Shown here: one piece after another, positions 44,299 through 56,393 of the stretch
Position numbering within the stretch: the stretch's first letter is position 1
Layout: each line of letters opens with the position of its first letter
Assembly (NCBI GenBank): GCA_041665145.1
Contig: JBAYJK010000004.1
Location: forward strand, 2,434-66,433
Source of the DNA: Patescibacteria group bacterium
Lineage (GTDB): Bacteria; Patescibacteriota; Microgenomatia; UBA1406
DNA: 64,000 nucleotides
Direction: 5' to 3'
Program-made: the position numbers and the translations under genes
The notes under the pieces: generated by a model
The model's input: the letters and a program-made list of their open reading frames with translations, nothing else
What the model was told of the DNA's origin: nothing
Database searches by the model: none

Positions 44299-45276
44299 CT
44301 ATGATTGCTTGTGTGCAAACACCACAATATTCGGTAATGTTCCGTCTATTTTCATTGTATCAAAGGAATATATTTTGCGGGGGTCTTCGAGATTTAATAC
44401 ATAGTCGCCCTTCGGAATGGGCAAGTTGTTCACAAATACTCCGTGAGCGTCCGTACGGAAGAGCCGGACTATTTTGTCGCCCTGTTTGACGTAGGCAAGA
44501 ATTCCCTCAAGAGGCAGACCTGTTCCCGCATACACTTCACCGCGGACCACAAAGCTAGTTGATGGCTGAGGGTCGCGGGTCGCGGGTCGCGGGTCACTGG
44601 TCACGGGTCGGGGATCTGTGGTTACCGGTTGCGTGTCGCGGGTCGCGGGTCGCGGATCAACAGACTTTGTGTCTGATTGTCTTAATGTCTGAATGTCTTG
44701 TTGATCTGTCAAAGGTAAAACAGGAGTCTTTGGCTCAAGGCTCAGGGTTCCTGGCTCCGGACTCACGACGCGCGACTCGTGACTCGTGACCGAGGTCCCC
44801 ATCATCACCGCCTGCAACTTTTTCTTTTTCTCATCATACGCTTTATCAATGACATCCATATCTTCTTTGGGAGTGGCCCGCGGCTTATTCTGCAAGTACG
44901 TATTCAGTTTCTGCTGTGCCAACAGATGTTGCTGCAAAACGTCACGTGGTGGCAATGTAATCCCCAGCATTATTTTTGGCGGAGCATTGTTTTTTTTAAA
45001 ATAGTATTGCGTTGGTGAAGTAAGACGTTTAATCATATTTCTCAACCATATATCCATGGGACGGTCGTTGATCGGGACAAACGCAAACCCGATTCCAAGC
45101 AGAGCGGGAAGTGCCGCAATTGCGATGTTAATATACAACACGGCGGGAACGGCAAAGTACAAGACCAGTGCAAGCACGCTTCCGAATGCAAGATACACAA
45201 ACTGATGAATAGTGAGCTCTCCAATGAGCTTAAATTCAAAGGTGGTTATTTGCCGCGGTAAAGAATGTTCCTGCAT
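44299..45276 (-). CDS. PrgI/VirB3-like membrane protein with repeat linker and a beta-sandwich-like C-terminal domain
   Basis: Start set at ATG 45276 (TATAAT 45284-45289, 7 nt upstream). FEFKLIGELTIHQFVYLAFG plus two TM helices resemble the PrgI family. DPRPATR-type repeats, then C-terminal VVRGEVY...DAHGVFVNNLPIPKGDYVL (CarboxypepD_reg-like). Confidence 0.5.
   Translation of the reverse strand: MQEHSLPRQITTFEFKLIGELTIHQFVYLAFGSVLALVLYFAVPAVLYINIAIAALPALLGIGFAFVPINDRPMDIWLRNMIKRLTSPTQYYFKKNNAPPKIMLGITLPPRDVLQQHLLAQQKLNTYLQNKPRATPKEDMDVIDKAYDEKKKKLQAVMMGTSVTSHESRVVSPEPGTLSLEPKTPVLPLTDQQDIQTLRQSDTKSVDPRPATRDTQPVTTDPRPVTSDPRPATRDPQPSTSFVVRGEVYAGTGLPLEGILAYVKQGDKIVRLFRTDAHGVFVNNLPIPKGDYVLNLEDPRKIYSFDTMKIDGTLPNIVVFAHKQS
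44570..44653 (-). repeat. tandem heptanucleotide GGGTCGC tracts inside the PrgI-like gene
   Basis: Three perfect plus three degenerate units at 44570-44611; one degenerate plus two perfect units at 44633-44653. They encode the DPRPATR/DPRPVTS repeats. Confidence 0.8.
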
Positions 45277-45366
45277 ATTATTCATTATATACATTTTGGT
45301 GAAGAAGGAAGAGGTGGTAAATAAAGGAAACCCTCCTTCGCAAAAAGCTTCGGCGGGCAAAGGCAA

Positions 45367-45395
45367 TTGACATTATGGAAGAGAATTGCCACAAT
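45367..45395 (+). promoter_or_regulatory. promoter TTGACA-17-CACAAT for the VirB6-like gene
   Basis: TTGACA 45367-45372 and CACAAT 45390-45395, 8 nt before ATG 45404. Confidence 0.6.
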
Positions 45396-45403
45396 GAATG
45401 TAT

Positions 45404-46930
45404 ATGGTACGGCGATTTTTCGTATTCTTTTTGATTGCTTTTTTTACGTTTTCGGCGTTCTCTGCCAAACCTGCTTCGGCTGAACAAAATGTACAAGTAC
45501 AACAGTCAGAATCCTGGTACAACGGAGGATTTACCGGTGTGAATAACGCGATTAACGACACAACCACCAATAATAGCGTCAGCAAAGAACCTCTTGATAT
45601 TTACAGTATTTCGACTACATTTCCTATCGGAATAATTTCCGCCATCTCTGGTTTTCACGGACAAACAACCGTTACCGCGTGGTTGAACGATTATAAAAAA
45701 AGTGCGCTCGGGCAGACTTCAAATATGATGGCGGCTATGTACGTTCAGCCTCCTGCTTCGACAACCGAGTATCTTGCGGATGTATTTAACAGAACCGGTG
45801 TGATCCCCCAAGCTTATGCCCAGGGTATAACCTACTCACGCCTTATTCCGATTCTTCCCATGTGGAAAGCTTTTCGCGATATTGCCTACATTATGTTGAC
45901 GCTTATTATGTTGTTTGCGGGACTCATGATCATGATGCGACAGAAGATTAATCCACAGACCGTCGCTTCGATCGAGAACACCATTCCATCCGTGATTGTG
46001 ACGTTGGTTTTGATAACCTTTTCGTTTCCCATTGCGTCACTGATACTCGACTTTATGTACATCATCATTGCTGCGGGAATCCAGGTAATCGGAAGCACGA
46101 TCAGCGATCCTAATCTGGGGGATGCGATCAAGGCATACTCGTCGGGTACCGCCATTAATTTGTTCGACAAAGCGGTATTTGCTCCTATTGCGCCGTTTAT
46201 GCCGAGTTTTGTTCAATCGGGAACGGGGGCGGCAGTAGGTGCCGTAGGTGCCGTCGGCATTGGGGCAATTGTCGGACTGGGTGTTTTGGCCCCATTGCTC
46301 GCAATCATCGGAGGTATGATCGGAGCCGTTGCGGCAAGCGGTGGGGACCTCATGACAACACTCAGCCCGTTGTTGGTTTTGATAATATTTGTCGTATTAT
46401 TTTTCGGTGTTTTCAAGATTTTTTTTATGCTCTTGATGAATTACATCCAGATAGTCGTATTCATCATTTTCGCTCCGTTTATTCTGATGATGAATGCCGT
46501 GCCCGGTAAAAGCACCTGGTCATATTGGTGGAAAAATATTGCCGGAAACGCAATCAGTTTTGTGGTTGTTTCCATTATGTTGTACCTCGGATACGCCATA
46601 AATTTGCGGGTGGTCGAAACGAAGGGATTCTGGGTAGCGCCGTTCATCGGCTTGTCAAACGGCGATGCTGCTTCACGTATGGTAGTGGGTTTAATCTCGC
46701 TCGGAATAGTTTTGATGATTCCCCAATTTGTGCAGATGGCAAAGGGTATATTCAACGTGAAGCCGTTTGCCAATGTCGGACCCGGTATGATTGTGGCCCC
46801 ATTGACTCAGAGCCTCGGACAAATCAGCGGACTTGGCCAACAATTTAGGGCATGGGATCAGACTGCCCGCGAAAGTGGAGGTATTGTCGGCAAGGTGCTA
46901 CGAGGGGTCGGCTTGGGAAAGAAAAACTAA
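45404..46930 (+). CDS. polytopic membrane protein, VirB6/TrbL-like
   Basis: About 508 aa. Signal-like N-terminus, at least 8 TM helices, and G/A/V-rich loops. Family guessed from topology and neighbourhood only. The track start is 45398. Confidence 0.4.
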   Translation: MVRRFFVFFLIAFFTFSAFSAKPASAEQNVQVQQSESWYNGGFTGVNNAINDTTTNNSVSKEPLDIYSISTTFPIGIISAISGFHGQTTVTAWLNDYKKSALGQTSNMMAAMYVQPPASTTEYLADVFNRTGVIPQAYAQGITYSRLIPILPMWKAFRDIAYIMLTLIMLFAGLMIMMRQKINPQTVASIENTIPSVIVTLVLITFSFPIASLILDFMYIIIAAGIQVIGSTISDPNLGDAIKAYSSGTAINLFDKAVFAPIAPFMPSFVQSGTGAAVGAVGAVGIGAIVGLGVLAPLLAIIGGMIGAVAASGGDLMTTLSPLLVLIIFVVLFFGVFKIFFMLLMNYIQIVVFIIFAPFILMMNAVPGKSTWSYWWKNIAGNAISFVVVSIMLYLGYAINLRVVETKGFWVAPFIGLSNGDAASRMVVGLISLGIVLMIPQFVQMAKGIFNVKPFANVGPGMIVAPLTQSLGQISGLGQQFRAWDQTARESGGIVGKVLRGVGLGKKN

Positions 46931-46938
46931 ATAGAAGA

Positions 46939-49900
46939 TTATTTCTTCGAATCTAATTCCTTGGAACCTTGCTGAACAGCAATGAGAGTTATTGCGGCTA
47001 TGGCAATTGCAAAGTAGACACCAAATTGGAGCAGTCCTTTGAAGTTATTCAAACCCAAACCCTCTTTGATTCGTTTGGCGTTAAAGGCATACACATCGTC
47101 TTTATATTTAACCCCGAGACCAAAGGGATGCATCGCTCCCACTTTCTCGGCAACGTGGTAGAAACTCAATTTTTGCTTCTCCCACCAGGTAAGACGCTCC
47201 TTTTCCGGTATAGTCGTATCATTTGCCTTAATCTCCAGGTCTTCCAACTCTTTATCTATTTTTTTAAATAAGCTTTTGGCAAACACTTCTTTGAGAGGTT
47301 GTGCTTTTTTGTCGACGTCCTCGCCTCGGGAGCTTGGGGGCAACAGACCGAGTTTTACCGCTTTGAAAATGAAGTTTTCCATACGGGTAACGTCCATATG
47401 AAACTCCGATCCCAGTTTATTGAGTCCGAGAAACCCGTGCTCACGATTGGCGATTTCTGCAAGACTCTTGCCCGATAACAATTGTCGTGACAAAGCACCG
47501 CCGTATTTAATATCCGCACCGAGCTTGCCCGGAGTGCGACCCATGAGAAGCCACATCTCAACCATGTGGGCACCGACTTCGTATTTTTTGCCCGGCGGGT
47601 TGTAGGAAAAGACTGTCTTTACGGCCATCGCTTGGGCTTTCTTTAGATACGCATCTTCTGCAGCTTCGTATTCTTTGGTGGTTTGCGCTCGCACCGCTTC
47701 TTCCATGATTTCCGTTGCCTCATTGAATTCCTTCAAACCCGCAAGTTGTTTTTGAAAATCGGCAAACATACGAACATCGACACTCTTACCAGAATCCGGA
47801 GCACCGAGTATCTGCGGGTTGTAAATCGTCGGATCTTTCAAACCAAAATTCTCATAATACATATCAAACACCGGACCGGTAAACTTTCTCTCAACCCCCT
47901 GCATCAGATCAATCAGACTCACTTTTTTTTCACGAGCTGCCTGAGACGCTTGTCCAAGATCATAATATTTTGCACCATCTAACAAACCCCGAGAAACCTC
48001 GGTATTGAGAGTAACTTGACCGTTTGCCGTAATCGTACGTTTCACCCCCTCGCTTTTCCCACCGTAGAGCGTCTGAAACAAATAGTGGGCATAGTCACGC
48101 ATAACCCGAAGTTCATTGTCGCTATTTATTGGCAAACCATGTTGTGTTACAGACAATTGTAAGAATTTTTGCAACGTTCGAAATGCTGAATCCCTGGTAA
48201 TGAAATTTGTATACGTTGTGTGCAGCTCTCGGATTTCCGCAGTGGCGCCATCTTCCTTAAAAGCTTTATGTTTTGCGCTCGTATAACCTGCTTGCAAAAA
48301 CTTATCAAGGTCTTTAATGAGCTCACTAAGTTCACCGCGGAGCGTGGGGGGAACGTATTCTGCTCCCATTGCCTGTGTAATCACTCCCTCGGTAACCCCA
48401 GCCTCATTACGTTTGTGCATAACAAACTTCTCAAGTACAATCATTCCTTCAAGCATATTTTGTTGAATAATACGACTATCAATCTCATCTTTTTGAAAGT
48501 CGGCCCACGATCCTTTCATCGCAGTCACATATTCTTCCCTCCGTTTACCGTCTTCTGCTAAAAACATATTACATAAGCCGTTCGGACCTTCCGAACGGTA
48601 CTTTGTTAAGATATCGTACCTCCAATCTTCCATAAAAACGCGGTCTTCTTGGTGAGTAAAACGCCGGAAGTCTGGACGCATAACAAAAAGGGAGGGGAAT
48701 TGTTCGTAGGCCATGTTGTAAACATATTTTTTCAGATCTTTGGCAACATCCCCGGCTTTTTTTACAGCATCGTGGCCTTTGAGACCATATGTCCGTTCTA
48801 CATAGTCAAGAAGAAATTTATTAAACTCTGGATCAGCCTTCAGGCCGCTAAATGTTCCCAACTTTTCCACAATTAGTGTTGCAGTACGCGGACCTACCTG
48901 CATTCCTAAGTCGACAAACGTATACGGATTGAAGTTTTCTGTTTGTGACAAATATTTGGCTAATAAAGCGTTTAGCTGAACCGCGTCATCACGCCAGCCC
49001 CCCCGTTCACCCATCCCTAGACCGGGTACAAGTTGGGTTAATCGATACATCATGGGCCATTTGCCTTCAAGTCGCTGCCGTAGAACTTCTGTAGTCATTC
49101 CATCCGACAACGTGGTGAGCTCATCATCGTATAGGTGTAAAATTTCCAAAGGGTCAGTTAATGTCTTATGCGAGTTATAGGGAAGAAATGATTGGAAAGC
49201 CCTTTTTAATTTGTACCCAATTTTGCCGGTAGTAGTCTCCGGTTTTGCATCTTCTTCAATATTATATCCGCCGGCAAACAACATGTGTTGAACTTTGGTA
49301 TCTTCCCTCATTTTTCCCCAGAGAAGAAAAAGTATCGGGTTTGCTTGCTGTAGAAGTCCACGAGCATACTCGTCGTAGAACGTCGTCGACAATTTACGAC
49401 GCACCCGATGTTTATAGAACCATTTCACGAGATCCATTTCCTTTTTGGCTTTCTCATACGGCTTAAGACTTTCGTAACCGGGTTGTTTTTTGAGTTCAGC
49501 AATTCGTTCATTTAATTCGGCTTGGCGTTTACCGAGATTCGGAGTTTCTACTTTCATGGGAGGCAAATAACGCGCAAGCTGAGGAAGAATATCACCGATA
49601 CTCCACATAAGCATTTCGGCCATCGCACCGTATACGCGTGCAACGTTTTCTTCCTGCTCGGGGTACAGGGCAGTGATAGAGCGGAACATTTCAAGATCTT
49701 GCGGGGTTGCCATACTGGAATCATTTACCCCAAAAAAAGAGGGACGGATCTGGCCGTCTGCCATGGCGACATTCATACGGAACGTATCCATGCGTTGAGC
49801 CATTGCCAAAAGAATGACCGGCGACTCGCTGGTTAGTTTCGATAACACGAAGTTTGTTACTTCACTCGCAATTTTACCGATATTCTCTGCGTTACCACTT

Positions 49901-51600
49901 GCGATGCTTTTTTTGAACTCACCGGCTTTTCCTGCAAGGTGCACTACTTCACGCACGTGTGTTCCGAACGTCTGCATCAGGTCTCCCATATTCTGATGGT
50001 TCGCATCTTCTGCACCCTGTTGAACTGTGGATACGCCTCTTTCGGATGACTGCGTCATTACCTCGCTGACGCCTGAGGACAATACGGCAACCCGCTTTGT
50101 TATGTTCGACTCTCCGGCAATGCCACCTAAAAAACGAATATCTGCACGGGGATTCGTCGGAGAAGAAGTACTGAATTCTTTTAGTGTCATGATGTCGTCA
50201 AGCCGGCGAGTCATCATGCCAAACGCCTGCGGTTCCTGGGTACCTGTCATCCGAAACGCCGCCTGATTAATATAGATACGTTTTAAGTCACCAAAAACAT
50301 AGTTCTCCATGGCGTGGTAATCTATACCAACAGCACCATGTCCATTCGCACCGAGAGCAGCCTCTTGGGCGTGATGGCCATGTTTATTGTGCTCCATGAA
50401 AGATTTTATTTTGAAGTGCGTATAAATATCCTTCGCGTCTTTGTCGGAGCTTTCAAAAAACATAAAGGCAAGAAGCGAAGAGTCATAGGCATCCAGATGA
50501 AAAGCAGCGCGTAAGTCTTCTCCTTGGAACCTGAAACTCCCTTGTGAAGGACTGTAGTTTGCCATAAACTTTTGCTTTATTTTCACCGCTTCCCTGAAAT
50601 TTCTGAAGTAGGCTTGCCACTTGTTCTGCAGATCGGCAGATAACCCATATTTACGACACTTGGCAAGGTATTCTTTCTCAACATCACTCCATACCCCTTC
50701 GCGATACTCTTCTGATTGATTCACCTTCATACGATTAAGGATGTCGTCAATGTCAATTTCCAAAATATCGTACATCACCTGACGCTTTTTACCGTCATCA
50801 AGGGACAGATCTTCAAGAATTGCCGTTTCCACCTCTTTGTAACCCGCGGTAAACTTACGCACCACATCGTCTCCTTCACGATCAAGATTTTCGCGGTCGA
50901 CATCTCGTTTGTTTTTCTCCCATTCCTGATACACTTTGGTAAAATCTTTGATATCAGCACCTTTCATGACCAGCGAATGAACGTTATCACGAATGGCCCG
51001 CATCTCGCTGCTTCCCAATTGGAACCTGTTTGCCGAAACATCGGCTGCTATCAGGGCAACGAACGATTTGAGCTGTTGCGGAGTAATGTCGGATTGTTCG
51101 AGAAGAATCGAACATAACAGTTCTACGCGCTGCTGAACTGCAGACGGATCAGTGGAAGTAAGAATGTCTTTCTGGATCACCTGATCAAGGTAACGACCGA
51201 GGGGCAATGCAGAAGTCTCGTCAACTTTTTGACCAGTTTCGGCAAGCGCTTCTCCCATATAGCTTGATTGACTATTTTTAGCGAGAATATCAGCAGCTTC
51301 CTGAGCGATATCCGCTACCACTGTTTTAATTTCAGTTCGATTCACCTCTGAAGAGCTTGCGGAAACCAACGACTTGAAAAGCGTCAGGTTTTCTTTAACC
51401 GATTGGACACGCTTGGCAGGCTCCTCCGGAAGCGGTCGATCAAGATAATTTTCTGCCTGTGTTTGTCGTGCCGGAGAAACTTTTGCTTTGACTTTCGCAA
51501 CCAAACGATCTTTAACTTCCTTTAACTTTGCACGCAACTCCACTTGAGTTTCGCCGGACTCCGCATTTCCTATTGGTGGGTATTCGGGGGCATCCATCAT
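46939..51600 (-). CDS. 1553-aa tail-anchored giant protein, unknown function
   Basis: Uninterrupted ORF with no signal peptide and a single C-terminal TM helix (LLQFGVYFAIAIAAITLIAV). One Walker-A-like string (GAPDSGKS) has no obvious Walker B. ATGA overlap with the upstream 65-aa ORF. Confidence 0.65.
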   Translation of the reverse strand: MMDAPEYPPIGNAESGETQVELRAKLKEVKDRLVAKVKAKVSPARQTQAENYLDRPLPEEPAKRVQSVKENLTLFKSLVSASSSEVNRTEIKTVVADIAQEAADILAKNSQSSYMGEALAETGQKVDETSALPLGRYLDQVIQKDILTSTDPSAVQQRVELLCSILLEQSDITPQQLKSFVALIAADVSANRFQLGSSEMRAIRDNVHSLVMKGADIKDFTKVYQEWEKNKRDVDRENLDREGDDVVRKFTAGYKEVETAILEDLSLDDGKKRQVMYDILEIDIDDILNRMKVNQSEEYREGVWSDVEKEYLAKCRKYGLSADLQNKWQAYFRNFREAVKIKQKFMANYSPSQGSFRFQGEDLRAAFHLDAYDSSLLAFMFFESSDKDAKDIYTHFKIKSFMEHNKHGHHAQEAALGANGHGAVGIDYHAMENYVFGDLKRIYINQAAFRMTGTQEPQAFGMMTRRLDDIMTLKEFSTSSPTNPRADIRFLGGIAGESNITKRVAVLSSGVSEVMTQSSERGVSTVQQGAEDANHQNMGDLMQTFGTHVREVVHLAGKAGEFKKSIASGNAENIGKIASEVTNFVLSKLTSESPVILLAMAQRMDTFRMNVAMADGQIRPSFFGVNDSSMATPQDLEMFRSITALYPEQEENVARVYGAMAEMLMWSIGDILPQLARYLPPMKVETPNLGKRQAELNERIAELKKQPGYESLKPYEKAKKEMDLVKWFYKHRVRRKLSTTFYDEYARGLLQQANPILFLLWGKMREDTKVQHMLFAGGYNIEEDAKPETTTGKIGYKLKRAFQSFLPYNSHKTLTDPLEILHLYDDELTTLSDGMTTEVLRQRLEGKWPMMYRLTQLVPGLGMGERGGWRDDAVQLNALLAKYLSQTENFNPYTFVDLGMQVGPRTATLIVEKLGTFSGLKADPEFNKFLLDYVERTYGLKGHDAVKKAGDVAKDLKKYVYNMAYEQFPSLFVMRPDFRRFTHQEDRVFMEDWRYDILTKYRSEGPNGLCNMFLAEDGKRREEYVTAMKGSWADFQKDEIDSRIIQQNMLEGMIVLEKFVMHKRNEAGVTEGVITQAMGAEYVPPTLRGELSELIKDLDKFLQAGYTSAKHKAFKEDGATAEIRELHTTYTNFITRDSAFRTLQKFLQLSVTQHGLPINSDNELRVMRDYAHYLFQTLYGGKSEGVKRTITANGQVTLNTEVSRGLLDGAKYYDLGQASQAAREKKVSLIDLMQGVERKFTGPVFDMYYENFGLKDPTIYNPQILGAPDSGKSVDVRMFADFQKQLAGLKEFNEATEIMEEAVRAQTTKEYEAAEDAYLKKAQAMAVKTVFSYNPPGKKYEVGAHMVEMWLLMGRTPGKLGADIKYGGALSRQLLSGKSLAEIANREHGFLGLNKLGSEFHMDVTRMENFIFKAVKLGLLPPSSRGEDVDKKAQPLKEVFAKSLFKKIDKELEDLEIKANDTTIPEKERLTWWEKQKLSFYHVAEKVGAMHPFGLGVKYKDDVYAFNAKRIKEGLGLNNFKGLLQFGVYFAIAIAAITLIAVQQGSKELDSKK

Positions 51601-51794
51601 GTTTTAATGTGATGAACTACTACTTTTGTCCAGACGCCTTTTTTGACAATGTCACCCCAGCCGCAATTTAAGCATTCGTCTTTGGTGGTCGCCATATAGA
51701 GGATCAGGTCGAGAAGAAAGGAAAAGGGAAGCATGAGGAGGAGTGGTGCCCTCGCCAACTGTTGCAACCTGGAGCGTGACATTTTGTTTTTCAC
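51597..51794 (-). CDS. 65-aa membrane peptide translationally coupled to the giant gene
   Basis: One TM helix (APLLLMLPFSFLLDLILYM). Its stop TGA overlaps the giant's ATG. GTG start lies 7 nt after TATACA. Confidence 0.45.
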   Translation of the reverse strand: MKNKMSRSRLQQLARAPLLLMLPFSFLLDLILYMATTKDECLNCGWGDIVKKGVWTKVVVHHIKT

Positions 51795-51943
51795 GTTCGG
51801 TTGTATAACTTATAGTATTTTATCACACCACACGAAGATAAGCAAATTTCTGACATGAAATCATTATATAGAGAAAAGCTGAAAGTTGAAAGGTGTAAGT
51901 TGTAGTAAAGTTGTAACGAGGGAAGTTAAAAGTCAGAGTCGTT

Positions 51944-52002
51944 TTACTTAAGGCTTGCAGCTTTAGACTTTATTTCAACTTTCGCCTTACGACTTACAAC
52001 TT
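51944..52002. repeat. 59-bp inverted repeat, left copy (overlaps the yidC 3' end)
   Basis: Its reverse complement matches 52826-52884 at 53 of 59 positions (aligned by hand). Confidence 0.85.
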
Positions 52003-52804
52003 CTTGAGCAGGTTTCTTTTTCAACTGTTGCCAGTATTGCCATACACCGAAAAGAGTAAAGATATTCCAATAGAGTGCTAGACCGACAGGGAAATTAAAC
52101 GACATCCATCCGATCATGAGCGGGAAGATGATCATCATCTGCTTCTGCATCGTAACGGCCATATCGGGCTCTTTCTTTTCTTCTTTGCCGTCAACAGATT
52201 TCGGTTCTTCTTTTTTGGCGCTAGTTGTACTCTTCAGGGTGAGATATGACTGCAGAAGCTGCAATCCTCCGGTAACCACGGGAATAATGAGATACCACCA
52301 GCCGAGTTTTTGCCAGGCGCTCGGGTGTTGATCAAGCTGAAAACCGAAAAACGAAACATCCATGCGGGTGATATGCAAAAAGGAGAAGTAAAAGCGGGCG
52401 TTTAATCCATCGATTACTTTTTGTGCCGTACCGTTGACGACTGCTTGCGAAAGCGCCGTATACAACCCGATGAATAGAGGCATTTGTATAATGAGCATGA
52501 GACAACCGAGACCCGGATTTATTTTCTTTTCTTTATACAGTTCCATTTGAGCTGCCTGCAATTTTGCCGGTTCATCTTTGTATTTCTTCTGCAGTTTCGA
52601 GATCAAGGGTTGCAATTCCTGCATTTTTGCGGACTGTTCAATCTGGTGTTTCATTAATGGGTTAACGGCAAGACGAATGGCGACAGTTGCGGCAATGATG
52701 GCAAAACCGAGCGTACCGGGAATGTGCAAAATTTCAAACCCTTTATAGAATAGAAACAAAATGTTCGTAATGGGATTGATGAGCAGAACGTCAAAAAAGT
52801 TCAT
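51944..52804 (-). CDS. yidC: YidC/Oxa1-family membrane insertase
   Basis: Start at ATG 52804 (TATACT 52814-52819, 9 nt upstream). NPLMKHQIEQSAKMQELQPLISKLQKKYKDEP...NPGLGCLMLIIQMPLFIGLY is typical of short YidC proteins. Confidence 0.85.
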   Translation of the reverse strand: MNFFDVLLINPITNILFLFYKGFEILHIPGTLGFAIIAATVAIRLAVNPLMKHQIEQSAKMQELQPLISKLQKKYKDEPAKLQAAQMELYKEKKINPGLGCLMLIIQMPLFIGLYTALSQAVVNGTAQKVIDGLNARFYFSFLHITRMDVSFFGFQLDQHPSAWQKLGWWYLIIPVVTGGLQLLQSYLTLKSTTSAKKEEPKSVDGKEEKKEPDMAVTMQKQMMIIFPLMIGWMSFNFPVGLALYWNIFTLFGVWQYWQQLKKKPAQEVVSRKAKVEIKSKAASLK

Positions 52805-52825
52805 TAGGGGAATAGTATAACACAC

Positions 52826-52884
52826 AAGTTGTAAGTTGAAAGGTGAAAGTTGAAATAAAGTCTAAAGCTGCAAGGTTGAAGTAA
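52826..52884. repeat. 59-bp inverted repeat, right copy (upstream of yidC)
   Basis: AAGTTGTAAGTTGAAAGGTGAAAGTTGAAATAAAGTCTAAAGCTGCAAGGTTGAAGTAA. It is followed by a second word arm up to about 52955. Confidence 0.85.
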
Positions 52885-52967
52885 AGCAATTCTGACTTAC
52901 AACTTCTCCAATTACGGCTTTATTACAACTTACGACTTACGAGTTACAACTTTTCCGCAAATTTCCC

Positions 52968-52996
52968 TTGACAGTTGAAGGTGGCCTCGCTATAAT
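52968..52996 (+). promoter_or_regulatory. consensus promoter TTGACA-17-TATAAT of the tRNA-Ala/23S unit
   Basis: TTGACA 52968-52973 and TATAAT 52991-52996. Confidence 0.85.
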
Positions 52997-53125
52997 ACCT
53001 TTCACCGTATGACAATACGTTAACTTCTGGGCAGGATGGAGGCCTCATTCTAGGTTCTCCTAAACACCCCAAGCAATGGCAGTTTAGAAACAAGAAAGCT
53101 GGCTCTTTTGGCCGTTATGGTTTAT

Positions 53126-53201
53126 GGGGCTATAGCTCAATTGGTAGAGCGTTCGGTTTGCATCCGAAAGGTTGAGGGTTCGAGTCCCTTTAGCTCCACC
53201 A
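53126..53201 (+). tRNA. tRNA-Ala (anticodon TGC), CCA encoded
   Basis: Acceptor GGGGCTA/TAGCTCC with G3:U70, anticodon stem TTCGG/CCGAA, loop TTTGCAT, and a 3' ACCA. Confidence 0.9.
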
Positions 53202-53300
53202 AGCTGAGCAATAGAAGAAATTATGTTTTTTTGGGTAGTAGTTAGTCCTGGCTCGCTACTACCCACGAGAATGTAATTTCTGCCTCGTTCGCAGATACGT

Positions 53301-53313
53301 GATCTTTAACAGG
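53301..53313 (+). promoter_or_regulatory. rrn spacer boxA (GATCTTTAACAGG)
   Basis: Matches the core of the E. coli rrn boxA TGCTCTTTAACAA. It is preceded by the hairpin GGGTAGTAG..CTACTACCC (boxB-like position). Confidence 0.7.
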
Positions 53314-53480
53314 GGAATACAAAAAACAAACAAACAAGTAGGCCACTTCATGTCAAGATAATTGATTATGAAGGGCTAAATGGAAGCATCTAAAAAATAT
53401 ATATGAATTCTATTGTTGTAATAAACACGCAAAGAAATTGCAATTAATTTTGCAAATGTACCTTGTATACCAAAATACAA

Positions 53481-56370
<2,890 letters not shown>

Positions 56371-56393
56371 TGTATTTTGTTGTACAGGGTTTA

